From the NCBI GenBank assembly GCA_036172245.1, contig JAYWIR010000017.1, positions 1,922,001-1,986,000 of the forward strand: a stretch of 64,000 nucleotides of DNA. The letters are read 5' to 3'. A program made the translations under genes and the position numbers. The notes under the pieces are model-generated. The model worked only from the letters and a program-made list of their open reading frames with translations. It was not told the origin of the DNA and ran no database searches. Below, in pieces: positions 62,701-64,000 of this stretch (the first letter of the stretch is position 1; each line of letters starts with the position of its first letter). The stretch is from Raillietiella orientalis. Taxonomy: Eukaryota.

Positions 62701-64000
62701 GTTTGAAATTTGGTTCACGGATTCAATCTCCGGCATTCGCATCTTCCTTTTTAGCTCTTCATAAGTTTCCATTTGACGCTTCCATGTGTTTCGGTTGCCT
62801 AAGATTGTTTGGATGAAATTCTTCTCTGCTTTCCTTTCATCTGGTTTGCTGCCTCCGATTATTTTGGATTCTCATCCTCGTTTTGTTTTCCGCTGTCAAT
62901 TACAGCTCCCGACTGTGCTTTTCCTTGTAAGATTGTTAATCGTGCAAGACTGGAAGTGAGATTTTGCAGTTTCATGGCAAAAGAAGGAAAGGAAAAAGCT
63001 GCCTTTAGATGAACCGCGCAAAGTTGCTGCATCCCTGTTTCGGATGTGTGGCTCCCCACGCAGTTTGCCCATCCAGAATGAGTGCAAAGTTGGAGGCGAA
63101 GGCATGGTATGACGCTCTCACTTGCCTACTGGTAACAGGAAAATCTTCCTTCCCAGTCTCTAAAGAAAGGGTGTCGTGCAATGAAGATGATTCAGATGAT
63201 GCAACTTATCCAGAAAGTGAGTTGTGAAAAAAAGATAAGAGCATTTCGAGGTTAGCAACAAGTATACAGCTGCGGAAGTCTTTTTTCTTTTTTTGTTATG
63301 GTGAGAACGAGACATGACAAAATGGGTTCGTTTTCATGGAGCATTGGGAGTCCTTTGCTTCTGGAGAAGAAAGAATTACGTTGCATTTTCTTTCATATGT
63401 GATCGTAAGAAAACAATGAAAACTTGTATGGATTAAGAGCGAGATGCAAACAATCTCTCCTAGTGAACCAGAGAAGCAGAGCACTCATGTTGACGATTGC
63501 TCTCCGCTGCCACTTCATTCACACTCGTCAGTGGAACGACAAATCGAGATGGGAAGACTGATTCGGGATCTTGGAGATTAAAAGCAGTGAAGCGGAGTTC
63601 AAGACGAACAAAGTTAACGACCACAGTGCTGTGACATTTGTTTTTGTTTCGTTACTTTCCTTCTTTCTGTCTTCCCTCTGGGTGTCTTTGAGAAATCCTG
63701 GATCTGGAGATCCAAACTACACCTCTATGGCAGGGTGAACTACCTCCCTTCCAAGTCCGAACCTCTTGATGTGCCCATATGAGAGCACTAGAAATCACTT
63801 TCCAAAGAATGAATGAACCAATGTTTTTTTGTTGATCCTCAATCATTAGTCTCCTTCTCAGAGTAAAGGCAGCTCAAACGATCCTTCAATAGTCTAATAC
63901 CACACAAAAGCGATTCTAATTATGAAAGTGATTTCTCAATGATGTAAACACTCATCTGTGCTATTCAGTGTGTACATGGTTCATATGTGGTGTCCGATTT

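Noticed and set aside
63009..63216. Exon-like ORF bounded by TTTAG|ATG and |GTGAGT
   Set aside because: There is no recognisable protein similarity and no linked partner exon, which is insufficient for a CDS call.
1..64000. Prokaryotic genes, operons, CRISPR arrays, tRNA or rRNA genes
   Set aside because: Coding density is very low, homopolymer runs are frequent, and I saw no regularly spaced repeats or recognisable structural RNA sequence. The short ORFs overlap at random on both strands.

Overview
AT-rich eukaryotic (probably invertebrate animal) intergenic or intronic DNA. I see no recognisable intact host gene, RNA gene, operon or CRISPR array, and nearly all short ORFs in the track look like background. 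The supportable content is transposon-derived. (i) Three diverged copies of one L1/Tx1-like LINE family, called family A: 49246-50938 minus with an exact TSD, 53233-54733 plus, and an internal fragment at 59448-59775. (ii) A 694-bp 5'-truncated copy of a second L1/Tx1-like family, called family B, at 11519-12212 minus with a perfect 15-bp TSD. (iii) A degenerate NeSL/Utopia-like RLE retrotransposon at about 40555-41746 minus. (iv) Two near-identical 191-bp repeats in inverted orientation at 44425-44615 and 46776-46966, both ending in CTAG|T like Helitron 3' ends. The most interesting signals concern the LINEs. Both TSD-defined insertions, from different families, sit immediately after the same 8-mer ATGCTATC. 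Both lack a poly(A) tail and end in AATAAA plus a GC-rich stem-loop, and this terminus is 41/43 nt identical between two otherwise diverged family A copies. This suggests a poly(A)-less, structure-terminated LINE group with a short target preference. It is inferred from very few insertions and needs a genome-wide test.
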